This document shows, piece by piece, positions 12,738 to 24,430 of a stretch of DNA of 64,000 nt. Both the position numbers and the translations under genes were made by a program. This DNA is from Basidiobolus meristosporus CBS 931.73 (taxonomy: Eukaryota; Fungi; Basidiobolomycota). The first letter of the stretch is position 1. Every line of letters starts with the position of its first letter. Where the stretch lies: assembly GCA_002104905.1 (NCBI GenBank), contig MCFE01000072.1, positions 62,001-126,000 of the forward strand, read 5' to 3'. The notes below the pieces were generated by a model, which saw only the letters and a program-made list of their open reading frames with translations, was not told the DNA's origin and made no database searches.

Positions 12738-14505
12738 TCAAACCAATTTTACCTTGGTGGGTTGTATTGTAGGATTGGTAGCATTAACAAACCACTGAGC
12801 TGACTTGAAAAAGATGCAGAATAATGCTGCACTGATACTGCCCATGATCAAGTAGATATCACAGTCATACCGCTTCCAGAATGGCCATCTGGATTCAGGT
12901 GATTGGTAGATGCTCTTCATCGGATCCTCGGTTTTACCAGCGATAGACCATTTGTTCGGCAACATCTGCAGCATATTGAATCCGTTTGGAGTTGATCTGG
13001 GCAAGTATCTGCATGCGGCGCACATTGCTGGCGAACTGGCCATCCTTGTCTTCGAGAAGTAGCTTAGCCTTCTCAACCATTTCCTGTGATGGTGAAGGTG
13101 GTGATTTCCATCGGGATGGACACCCCAGATGTTTGCAGATTAGCAGCATTGTAGAAATGATCTCCAAAGGTAGGGATGTTCAACACCCTCGTTCCAGTCA
13201 AGAGCGCCTCATTGGAGCTGTCCAGGCCACCATGAGAGACGAATAGCACGGTACTAGGGTGGGAGAGTACGGAGAACTGGGGTGCGAAGTTGAGAATTCG
13301 GACATTTTCATGCTGATTCTTGAGGATGGGATCCACTGGGATGGTGGCATTGCTGATGTATACTTCATCCGGGAACTCCTCGATGGCTGAAGCGGAGATG
13401 GGCCAGATCACCCCATCAATAGCTCCATCGTCGAGCAGCTGCAATACGCTAGTCAGTATGTTAACTATTGTGGGCTGCTGAAGCTGCATGTATTGTGCCG
13501 AAGGCTAATGTATGCCACTCGTTTACGAGGGTTTAGGAATTCCTCCAGGTCAGGAGTCAGAGGAGGATACTCGGGGGAAAGCAAGGGCCCAACAAGGTGA
13601 ACATTGGGTGGTAGATTCTTTGGTTTCTGAGGGTTGGTGGTGAGATGTTAGGTCAGGGACAGCTATGCAATACTAAGGCAACTTACATCGATTCCAAAGA
13701 AGCTGTTCACAAAGATCACACCCTTATCGATGTTGTTGAATCCAAACTCTTGTCGCGCCACTGATCCTGCCTTGATCCGATCCTTGTTTGCCAGCTGTGC
13801 AAATCGCCAGTTGTTCCACAGGTATTCTAATCTGTGCTTGAAGTTACGATTGAACCGGGTAATAATTCCAGAGTCAGCAGCAACAGTTCCAATGTCCAAC
13901 GAGTTGGTAATGCTGTCGGATATGGAGTGCACTAGACAGAGTGGAGAGAGTTAGTCGCTACGAGGTGGTGCATGTGTCAAACTATTGGCAGGCTTACATA
14001 TCCCTAATGAAGGCATTTGTATTGAGAATGGGATACGTAAATGATGGGCAGCATCGATGCATCCAAAGTTGAAGACATCGCACATCACAAAGCTTGGTTT
14101 TTCCTCAGAAAAGATCCGGGTGAGCTGTCGATAGGAAGGGATGTATGCCAATTGCCAGAGTACTGCAACAGCTGTAACGATGCTCTTTCTGTCGTGATCT
14201 CGAGTGGCATTTTTCATCGTTTCTTTGATCTGATCGGCGGTCAATGGCCCGTCACCCATGGCGATTCTCCTGAAACCCCATGGCTTGGCTAAATCCATGA
14301 ACGGCGTGAAACTGGCATAGCTCACTTCGTAGCCCCGCTGCTTGAGAACACTGGCGATTTGAAAAATCGGCTTTGCATGGGAGTATCCACCGAAGTGTGA
14401 CGAGATGATGATTTTTCCTGGCTGTCGCCAAGTCTCGTTGTGCAGTGAATGACCTGATGCCATTGCGAGCAGCACTGATAGGACAAGAGATATAATGAAC
14501 GTCAT
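12738..14505 (-). CDS. UGT paralog F (near-identical to E); exons 14505-13998, 13931-13687, 13626-12738; four +1 insertions in exon 3 (errors or pseudogene)
   Basis: Exon 3 is 889 nt (885+4), with extra bases near 13508, 13491, 13084 and 12922 relative to E/G; tail KVKLV. Confidence 0.72.
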
Positions 14506-14543
14506 GGTGTTGATGATGAGGTTGATCTCGATTTAAGCTGGTC

Positions 14544-14550
14544 TTTTATA
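14544..14550 (-). promoter_or_regulatory. TATA box of UGT-F
   Basis: TATAAAA 39 nt upstream of the ATG. Confidence 0.6.
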
Positions 14551-15810
14551 CCCTCGAAGCTAGGAGGGTCCTGGCTGCACGTTATTGCGTACTCGCCCGG
14601 AGTAGCAAGCTGCCTCCGCCGTACTTTGTGCCATGTGTAAAATGGGCTATACTTGTGTCAGAGCTCCTTATCTGAGCTTTAGGCACTTTTACTGCCAATG
14701 GTTTTACTGTGTGCGATAGTAGAGATAGCGCTTGAAATATCACAATGGATTAGTAATCAGCAACCTCACACCCACGCATAGTGTTTAGTCTTGAAACAGA
14801 GTACAGAAAGAATGCGGTTTACGTACAATTTATTTTGTGCTTTCGTGATGAATAGGTGCTTACAATTTAGCCCAGGGATCAGTTTTGAATTTCGTGTCGG
14901 CCAGTCACGAAAAAGAAGTCCACATTGAAACCTCAATTTTGGAGGCTGACCAAAGGAGATTTTTGGTTGCGGGTTCCTCTCTCTAAATAGGTGATGTATT
15001 GCTGGGTAGGGCGTTGATCATATACATACAACACCATCTTTTGCCGATTATGGGAACAATACTAGTAATAGACGGGTCCAGATGAAAGGAAACGTGGAGC
15101 CGGGTAACCTCATATTTCTTAGATTACGGAAGTAATCACCTGAATGTATTGATAACATGGCAGATGCTTTTGCAACAGCCCTGAGACAGGCATGCTATTT
15201 TTAGATGGAACCTAGTTGGGAACAAATTTTATAAGGGTGAAAATCCTTGTGTAGATTTCTAAAGAGATGAATAAGGGGTTTGCTTTGTATCCTACGGCGG
15301 TGTGATAACCACCCCACAGGTTGATGTTCACAATTGCTATGGTCAAGGCGTATTTACGTTTTCACTGGTAATAGTGCAAACGTTTCTATATTATACGGCT
15401 AGTGAATTATAGAGATTTTGATTATACATTTGTACATGCATATAACCAAGTACTCATAGTACTAGGAATCAAGCAGATTTAGATGCATTGGAAGTCACTT
15501 CTTAAATACTTAATAAGAATGGAATACAAAATATTAACAAGCACAAGAAACCGTATTACCTAGACTGTTACTGATTGCTTTTTAATGCTAAATAAGTCAT
15601 CAAATGTACTTCAGACCTGCACATGAGACGATGGGGCTAAACGGTGTTGCCGGGTTGGCTTAAACGCAAAGGTGTATTTATCGAAGATACAGCGGAGTTT
15701 GTGAGGAGTATGCCGTACTGATTATATTACTCAACGAAGAGACTACTGATATTACAAGTACATAACATGGATTACCATAGGGAAAGTCCATGGTACTTTT
15801 ACATCAAGAA

Positions 15811-17572
15811 TCATAGTATTTTTACCTTGGTGGATTGGGCTGATAAGTTAATCGTATTAGCAAGCCACTGTACTGATTTGAACAGCGCATAGAATAGCGA
15901 CGCGCAGAAACTAGTTATTATCAAATAGATGTCACAGTCATACCGCTTCCAGAATGGCCATCTGGATTCAGGTGATTGGTAGATGCTCTTCATCGGATCC
16001 TCGGTTTTACCAGCATAGAGCATTTGTTCGGCAACATCTGCAGCATACTGAATCCGTTTGGAGTTGATCTGGGCAAGTATTTGCATGCGGCGCACATTAC
16101 TGGCGAACTGGCCATCCTTGTCTTCGAGAAGTAGCTTGACCTTCTCAACCATTTCTGTGATGGTGAAGGTGGTGATTTCCATCGGGATGGACACCCCAGA
16201 TGATTGCAAATTAGCAGCATTATAGAAGTGGTCACCGAAAGATGGGATGTTCAGTATTCTTTTACCAGTTAACAATGCCTCATTGGAGCTGTCCAAACCA
16301 GCGTGTGAGACGAAGAGCATGGTATGCGGATGGGAGAGTATGGAGAACTGGGGTGCAAAGCCAAGGATTCGGAAGTCTTCGTGTTGGTTTTTGAGGATTG
16401 ATTCGGTTGCTATGGTCACATTGTTGACAATGATTTCACTTGGAAATTCTTCAGTATCCGATGAGGCAACTGGCCAAATAACTCCGTCAATTACATTGTC
16501 GTGAAGCAAATGTACAACTCCCGTCAGTATCTTGGTTATTGTTGCTTGCTGAAGTTGCATGTGGGTACCAAATGCGATGTAGACAACCCGCTGATGAGTG
16601 TTGAGGAAGTTTTCCAGATCGGGTGTCAAAGAAGGGTACTCAGGGGAGAGCAAAGGCCCTACCAGATGAACATTGGGTGGCAGGGTTTTCGGTTTCTAGA
16701 CATGGTTGGAATAAATTTAGGGATCAAGCAATGCCATCATATGCTGGTGGGCTTACGTCGATTCCGAAGAAGCTATTCACAAAGATCACACCCTTATCTA
16801 TGTTGTTGAAGCCAAACTCTTGTCGAGCCACTGATCCTGCCTTGATCCGGTCCTTGTTTGTCAGTTGTGAAAATTGCCAGTTCTTCCATAGATATTGTAT
16901 GCGGCGCCTGAAATTCCGATTAAACCGGTGAAAAATTCCGGAATCTGCGGTTACAGTTCCAATATCCAGTGAGCTGGTAACCACATCAGATATGGCGTGC
17001 ACTAAATCAAATAGTGAGCATGAATCATCAGGAGTAGCACATTCCCCTAGATGCTAAGACTTACGGATCCCCAAGGAAGGCACTTGCACAGAGTACGGAA
17101 TCTGTAAATCATAAGCAGCGTCGATACACCCGAAGTTGAAGACGTCGCACATCACAAAGCTAGGATCCTCTTGAGCAAATATTTTCTTCAACCGCTCATA
17201 CGTGTAGCCGTATGCTGCTTGCCACATTGTTGTGACAATCGTTAGTATGCTTTCTCTATCAGGGTTACGGGTAGCTTCAGTCATAGCTGCTTTGAGCTCT
17301 TCCAGAGTCAACGGGCCCTCGCCCATAGAGATGCTCTCGAATCCCCATGGCTTCGCTAAATCCACAAACGATGAGAAACTGACGTAGCCAACTTCGTAGC
17401 CTCGTTGCTTGAGAATGCTTGCTATTTGAAGAATGGGCTTCGCATGTGAGTATCCACCGTAGTGGGACGAAACCAAAATCTTTCGTGGCTGTCTCCAGGT
17501 CTCGTTGAGCAGCGTCTGACCAGATGCAAGTGCAATCAAGGACGATAGAGTGAGGAGTATGAATCGTTTCAT
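15811..17572 (-). CDS. UGT paralog G, intact, about 545 aa; exons 17572-17065, 17001-16757, 16695-15811
   Basis: Introns of 63 and 61 nt; all motifs present (HAGLDS variant); tail KVKIL. Confidence 0.93.
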
Positions 17573-17608
17573 GGGAAAGAATACCTGACCATTAGAGGGT
17601 CGGACTTC

Positions 17609-17615
17609 TATTATA
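17609..17615 (-). promoter_or_regulatory. TATA box of UGT-G
   Basis: TATAATA 37 nt upstream of the ATG. Confidence 0.55.
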
Positions 17616-19446
17616 AGTGTCTGGTTCCCAGGCTTGACCGATGATTGATTTTCTATGCCTCTTCAAATGTGATGGCACGCAATACCGGTTTCTCTTCAGT
17701 AATAGGGGTGCTCTTGAGGCTTTACAGCTAATAGTGCCCGAGATCAATATAATTAAATACCGCGAAGCACATGAACGGATAAATACCTGACTGACACTCT
17801 GTTAGTTCCATTAGTAATGATGCGACTAGGCATAAATCAGGACTTCATCAGCCCTGAAACAGGCGAAGTTATGTTTGATAGCGTGCGTGAATTCGATGAC
17901 ATGATGAGGTTATTTTGGTGGTGTCCCTGGCCGCATAGCTGAGGAATCTGTATAGTTTCCATCTTCAGGTTTTGACTTTGCACTGTGTAATATGCCACAA
18001 AAATAGATCAAGCATTTTTGTGACACATCATGCCACTCGGGGGAGAAGTCACCGGAAAAATACTTCTCGCCTGATGCGGATAGACAATTGTTCCCATTTT
18101 TGGAGACTTCAAGTTAGTATGCATGTACGCGGAATTCGCAAAGTGTATACTCGTAAGTGGTTATCATTTCTCTGCTTTGGTAGAATCTTTATATGTTTAA
18201 AAATCATGCATTCCCTATTACTTGCCCATATTATTCTTTAATTCAGAATTCTCCATTTGCCACGTTGCATGTTGAAAATTCCAAGTGGTATAATAGATGT
18301 GCGTTGCTGTAATCTAGAGATGTTACTGGCAGATATTGCGTAAGTTTTTCCTTTATACATGACCTGACATATCTACTTAGCTTCTGATAGGTGTTTCATG
18401 CAAAGCTTCACTGCAATATTTAGCAATGGGGAAAAACAATGTTAAGCATATATCTGCCAAAATGCTCAGCACTAAAACATGAAAACTGGAACATTCCACA
18501 AACTACTTATCCTCCAATCACTTGCTCAGAACCTACACAATAATGCAGAGCAGAATTCATGACATATGCTTGGATCTCTGTGGGTACTACTACAGTATGC
18601 AATAGACAAAGTTTGGTATTGCAAGTGGATTGAGCATATAGTGCTTCTGACCTATGGTCAAGGACTACACTATGAAATCTAAGTATTAGAATGCATCCAT
18701 TAATTTGCTGTTATTCTGCTAGTATTCCAACAGTATTTTGCAGGCATACAGCTGGTGTTGTTCTTTCAAATATTCAGTTATAATTTTTAGGTGCAACAAT
18801 TGTGTAGCTGATTATCATACTAGGTATTGATGCCAGTTGGCATAGTGTTATCTTGAATAGATATTCATATTTGACTGCCAAATGGCTAGCACCTGGGATA
18901 TAGAGAGTTAAAAGTTTTGAGAACTTGGAATCAGCTGATAATATGATGATATTACACTAGCCTTTTCTAAGTTTTTTTTCTTTCAGAATTATTCTCATTG
19001 CAGCTCACTACTAATCAAAAGGTCTAACACCAGGTGTATTCTTCACTTACAGAGGAAAGATGATGCAGTAAGTTTGTAACTATTGAAAAATCTGTTTAGT
19101 AGTTATCAGGGGCTAAAATAAGATTTAGTAATGAAGTAGCTATATTAAAGGTACATGAAGCTTGCTATCTGAAATAATGTACTCTATCCACTCTATAACT
19201 CTGGAGAAAAGTATGAAAGAGTAGAATATGATGCAGGATACTGAGGCTCCATATCTCATTGAAAGAAGTACTACACATCTATTGACGCATATAGTTAGTT
19301 CACATATGAACAAGCTTGCAAACAGAGGCAATCTTGTCAGCATGCTACCAAGTTATGGTTTACTTGTATGCCTCCATTGCAGGATACTCCACTTGCTCCA
19401 AAATCAGAGTTGTTATATTTCTTATAAAAAAAATTTGGTCTTGTGA

Positions 19447-20385
19447 CCCTTTGGAAAATAATCTGGTCCCACAGGTGGATCCAATTTGGATCAGCCATCA
19501 AGATCCCATCAGGAGACCGCAATATTACCAGCAGCTTGGAATTAATGGCCATCTACATGATCTTTTGATGGGATCACAATGGCATTTGGCTAATTCACAA
19601 CCAAATAAAGTTAAAACATAATGGTGTTTGTACTGCATTTTACCAAGGGTGGCATCGCATTGTTGCGGTCTTAGTGTGCTCTACAATTATTTGAGTGGAT
19701 CTATCCAGCCAGTACATCCAATTGACTTACATGGCAAAGAACTTGATGGTGTTTTGGGAGCCTCATTGCAAGCCTCTGATGGCCTTATCATGGTGGTACA
19801 ATGGCCTACAGCTAGTTCTGAATAATGCTACCATACCAATTTACCAAATGGTATTTCCTTTTTCTACCTGCCCTTGTGCAATTCATATATCCTACTGTAG
19901 AATCACCCCTCTTTACTGGCTTACCCACTACTACCTTGGGTATTTCACTCATAGTTTGAATCAAAAATACTATGGACTCCTGATTACCAGCCTCTACAAT
20001 GCACACACCTGCCGCAATTGACATACTTCTATCACCTCTAATTTACAGCTTTTTAGTGTGACACTTGCAAAGTTGCCATATACCTTGTATTGCTGGTAAC
20101 ATATTCATCTTGCAAATATATGCTTGGTTACCACCACTTCTGACATGAATACCTCCTGAATATCCACCAAGAACTTTTTGGTATTTAGCCAATATATTCC
20201 TTCTCCCTGCTGGATTCTAGTCCCCCCTATAGGTGCGCTCTGACTCTTGTTTGTGTGAGTTCCACATTGTATGGTGTAGATATTGGCTTGTGACCAACAG
20301 AAATCTGGCATACCTTGGTAGAGTTTTCCTAATAAAAATTAGTTGCTTGTTTCACCCAACCGAACTTTGCATTACTTAACTGATT
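19447..20385 (-). mobile_element. CMC/EnSpm element right end and transposase 3-prime remnant
   Basis: Begins CCCTTTGGAAAA; reverse-complement homologue of about 56000-56571. Confidence 0.7.
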
Positions 20386-20389
20386 GCCC

Positions 20390-21250
20390 AATATACTGTG
20401 CATTGATAAGTATCCTAGCTATTTTACCTACAGTGCTGTTTTCTCCTATATATAACTTTCCTCTGTATTTACCAGCCAATATCATGAATCTCTTCAGATA
20501 TCCAAACACATGCTCTACCCTCACTCTGAAATGTTAAATATCTCATTGTAGAGCTTCTGCTTCCTGCTTAGCACACCATTCCTTGGCTTCCCATATGCTG
20601 TAATACATTGTAATCTCTGACAATCCTCTCCTATATAAGCTAAGTCTGACATACATTTCTTGCCTCTACTGAATTCTGGATGATTCTCTACCTAGAGTGC
20701 TTTGTCATGCCTACTTCCAGCAAATGGCCCACTAAACCAGATGATGTTACTCTCAATGTCAGACAGCGCTTGAAACTTCACACAGTGTGCCTTGTACTTG
20801 CCAGAACAAAAGTGTCTCTGCCCTCTGGAAGGTCTGTTGATACTGACTGGGAAGGTATCTAAAATACTCCTTATATGGAACCTATTGCTGAACACTCTGG
20901 GATATGGAAGTCTATTGGAACTTATGAACCTAGTATTCCAAGCTTGCTCTAAGTCATTCATACCCTCTGCAAGGTGATTCTCCATTGCTGTCAGCTGGGA
21001 GTGAAAGCTTCTAGGACTTTTGTTGCCATGGATGATGCGGGATGAAACCTTGTGGGGCAATACTTCTTGTAATAACAGAGAAGCTTACCAAGGGATCTCC
21101 TTGAGTAGATTGGGGTAGATGGTCCACAGTACTTGGTATAGATCTCCACTAGTATGTCAAAAGAAATCCAGTGGTAGTGATGGGATTGATGAGAAAAGAC
21201 CATTCAGATGAGTAAGTCATGTTAAAATTGGTAGGTGATCCAAGCTGAGA
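20390..21250 (-). pseudogene. PHIS (Harbinger/ISL2EU/Pangu-type) DDE transposase remnant
   Basis: ILDTFPVSINRPSRGQRHFCSGKYKAHCVKFQ..GPFAGSRHD..SDLAYIG..KLYNEIF..RVRVEHVFGYLKRF matches DDE_Tnp_4-type motifs; stops and frameshifts present. Confidence 0.82.
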
Positions 21251-21855
21251 TGTGATTGATATGTGCAATCTACTTTATTTATCTAATTTTCCATGCATTA
21301 TGATTCAATCTCCATGAATTGCCATGTATCCCATCATTATGTTGCAGAAATCATCCTTAAACAATGATCTTAGTAGTTTGTATTGATGCTTTACTCATAA
21401 GTCTATAATTATATAGGAATCTGCAATTGATGGGATCCAATCCATGTCAATGCAATCTGAGATACATCATGCATAATATCTGGAAAATTCCACAATCACA
21501 TTGGTCTTCCTATATATATTTCATATAAGACCTGGTTGATGCCAATACACTACTGTATAAATATCCAAATCCATCACCAAGGTCCCTATACAAAGTCTCA
21601 GCTCATCTTTAGTACAACCCAGACAAAACCCATCCCTCAACTCACAAGCATGGTCTGGACCAGAGAAGTCAATGTTGATGTTGGATCTGTTTGAGTTTTT
21701 GCCAAATGATTCTAGTATGGAGAAAGTGTCTATGATCAGCCTTCATACAGATATTTGGGCACTACTCATTAATCTAGCAGAAGTAGATACCTCAGAAATT
21801 TGACCAGAGATGGAAGAGCCTGAGTAGAAAACTGTGGCATGAGTTCTACATCAAG

Positions 21856-22788
21856 ATGCCAGTGGATATATATAAGAAGATATATAAAAAAACAAGTATT
21901 GAAATCAAGAATGAGCTGAGAGTGAGGGGATTTGATGAGGAAGCCTTGCTGGAACAATTTTGCGTGCAATTTGCACAGTACAGGCTAGACTTGTCCGTTT
22001 GTGCCTCAACTCTGGGAACCAAAGAGATCTTGAATGAATTTTTGCCTCAAATGACTAATTTGTTACATAATATATTGGTAGAGCAAAGTGGCTTCCAAGA
22101 GCAATATACACAGGACTCATCCAGGCAACAGTTCCAAATTATCAGACAGTGGATAAGTGAATACCTTGAGGAATCAGAAGGTGAGATTCAAGAAGAAGAA
22201 TACAGACCACAAGCAACAGCATCTAGGTTGTGCCAGCACTCTTTGCTGGACTCCTTACCATCCCTTGCAACCTCAGTGCACCCTGCACATGTCAGCTCAA
22301 ACTATGCCAACACCCTTCACAAGAGTGCCCTGCATCAACTCAATGTGTGTTGGGTCAACAACATGCTTCAGAGCAAAACCACCAGAACTTGCCAAACTGC
22401 TCATATAGACACAAGTCCATTGGAGCAGGCCAAATTGGGTCATCAAGTGCCTCCACCACAAGAGCCTTTGGCAAGTAAAAGAACGCCTCAGCATGTAACA
22501 CTGCAGGCCGGTTCAGTAGCATCATCCAGAGCAATTAAGCATGGCCAAGCTGCAGCATTGCACTCATCAACTAGGAGGCAAAATACTGACTATAAATACA
22601 CAAGTAGCCAGGAGGATAGTCAACAAGGAAGTAGTTTAGGTGTCCCTATGAAAAATCTCAAGCTTGGAATTCATCTGATTTTTAGCTGGTACTCTGCTGG
22701 TATTCTAATGATACTTTGCTGGTATTCAGCTGGTGTTTTGGGCTCCATACTTCAAATGCAATTTTTGATGGAATTAATGGGCAGCTAA
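21856..22788 (+). CDS. Putative second ORF of the PHIS element (310-aa open frame, function unknown)
   Basis: Divergent from the transposase; a decayed homologue sits at about 58700-59880 (-) in the same arrangement. Confidence 0.45.
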   Translation: MPVDIYKKIYKKTSIEIKNELRVRGFDEEALLEQFCVQFAQYRLDLSVCASTLGTKEILNEFLPQMTNLLHNILVEQSGFQEQYTQDSSRQQFQIIRQWISEYLEESEGEIQEEEYRPQATASRLCQHSLLDSLPSLATSVHPAHVSSNYANTLHKSALHQLNVCWVNNMLQSKTTRTCQTAHIDTSPLEQAKLGHQVPPPQEPLASKRTPQHVTLQAGSVASSRAIKHGQAAALHSSTRRQNTDYKYTSSQEDSQQGSSLGVPMKNLKLGIHLIFSWYSAGILMILCWYSAGVLGSILQMQFLMELMGS

Positions 22789-23829
22789 TTACCAAGTTTG
22801 GCATGGATGCTAGTTTGCCTAGTCTCCTCCTGGAGAACCTGTTTGCTTGCCTGCACAGTAGCTCAGAACAGAGATAATGAGAGTTGTCAATTTTAAGAAA
22901 CTTGGAATTCAGCTGATACTATGATGGTATTTTGCTGGCCTTTTCTCAATTTTTCTCTTAGGGGTGTGCAAAATGAATCACTACCAAATGCTTCAGTAGT
23001 AATCCCTGTGAGAAAAAAACCTAGGAGAAGATGATCCAATTGCATTGAATTGCTACTATTTGTCATGATCCAAACAACACATTTTTTTTGCAATCCAACT
23101 GAAACAACCGCAAATCAGTGATCACTAAATATTTGATGTAAGCAATATCAAGGTTGTCTCACATTTGAAACAGAGCCCCTATAAATAAACACCCTGCATA
23201 TATGCACGTCATCTATTACACCAGTGCAGCCATTTGACCCATTTCACACCTGTTTGATCAGTTGCATGCTAGCTATGACACCTTGTCCAATCACTAGGAT
23301 CAGGGATATACTTGCTTAGTGGGCAAAATGGTATATTTGATGGCAAATCAGGTTGCTTGTGTATTGGTCAAAGAGCCAATTGGGAGCTGACAGCTTCAGG
23401 ATACTTTTGGACCAATTAACCACTGAGATACCATCCAATCAGAGTGATAGTAACCAAAATGGTAGGTATCAGTGTAGCTTATAGTATTATACTCATTTAA
23501 TTCCATTTACATTAAAGAAACATATCCAAATACCAGATTTTATTTACCATAATAGCGGGATCCAATCTCACATGTGATGCAAACATTATGAGTTGGTGCA
23601 ATCATCTGTGCCAACCTCATTGTTTCAGACTGTGCCATAGTGTGCAAAACTGTCCCGCATGGTGCAAAATTGTCCAAGAGCAATCCTGCCTACTGGTAGC
23701 TATAATATTGCACCCAATTGTTCTTAGAGACCACGGGTTGTGCTGCATGCCCTGGAACAGTACAATAGAACAAGTCTAATCAGTGGCAAGCTGGATTTGC
23801 TGATAGAGTTCTTGTTTAACAAGAATCCA

Positions 23830-24430
23830 TCCATTGCCAAGGCAAAGGCATGGTCATACATACCTTCAAAGTAGCCCTTGCTTCTTGGCTGTTTGTAATA
23901 TTTGCTATCCAGTATTTTGGATATGCTTGCGCTTGGCTAATACCAAGTGTGGTACTTTATAGCATCACAATATTTGTTGGACTGCATAAGCTTCTATGGA
24001 TGGGGTATTACTGGAGTATATCTGGAGTGCTAACAATGTTCTCCCCCAATGGTAGTAGAATCCTGACAAGTTGGACACCTTGCAATGGAGGTATTTTCTG
24101 ATGTGAATGCCATGCAATTATTAACACATGCTGGTACCAGGATGGTCTCTGGGACATATGTTTCCAGCTGTACAACAGCTTTCCCTTCATACCTTGTACA
24201 TGGTAAGTTGCATCCCAGGATTATTTTGGCATGAAGTAGCAGTAAACCCTCAAGCCTCCATTACTGATATTAGTGGAAACATGCCACTTCTCTGGCCACA
24301 ACATCACATCATTCACCAGTAGATGGATTACTGGGACTAACTTGACTGCATAAAGCATCCTTGGCATTTTTTTCTATGGGTGTTGACTCATTGAATAATG
24401 GGATTTTGCCAGGCTCATGCAGGGTACTGT
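23830..24430 (-). mobile_element. CMC/EnSpm transposase 5-prime remnant
   Basis: Reverse-complement homologue of about 54120-54720, including the C-x-N-x-C/CP-x-C region. Confidence 0.7.

Noticed and set aside
1696-16931. Many plus-strand ORFs of 60-100 aa over the UGT genes
   Set aside because: Antisense shadows of GC-richer coding DNA; repeated only because the paralogs are.
2449-17064. Excess of introns with length divisible by 3 (8 of 10)
   Set aside because: Paralogs are not independent samples and all but one contain stops.
18740-23010. Diverged repeat shared by about 18740-19070 and 22700-23010
   Set aside because: Similarity is real but too decayed to classify or bound.
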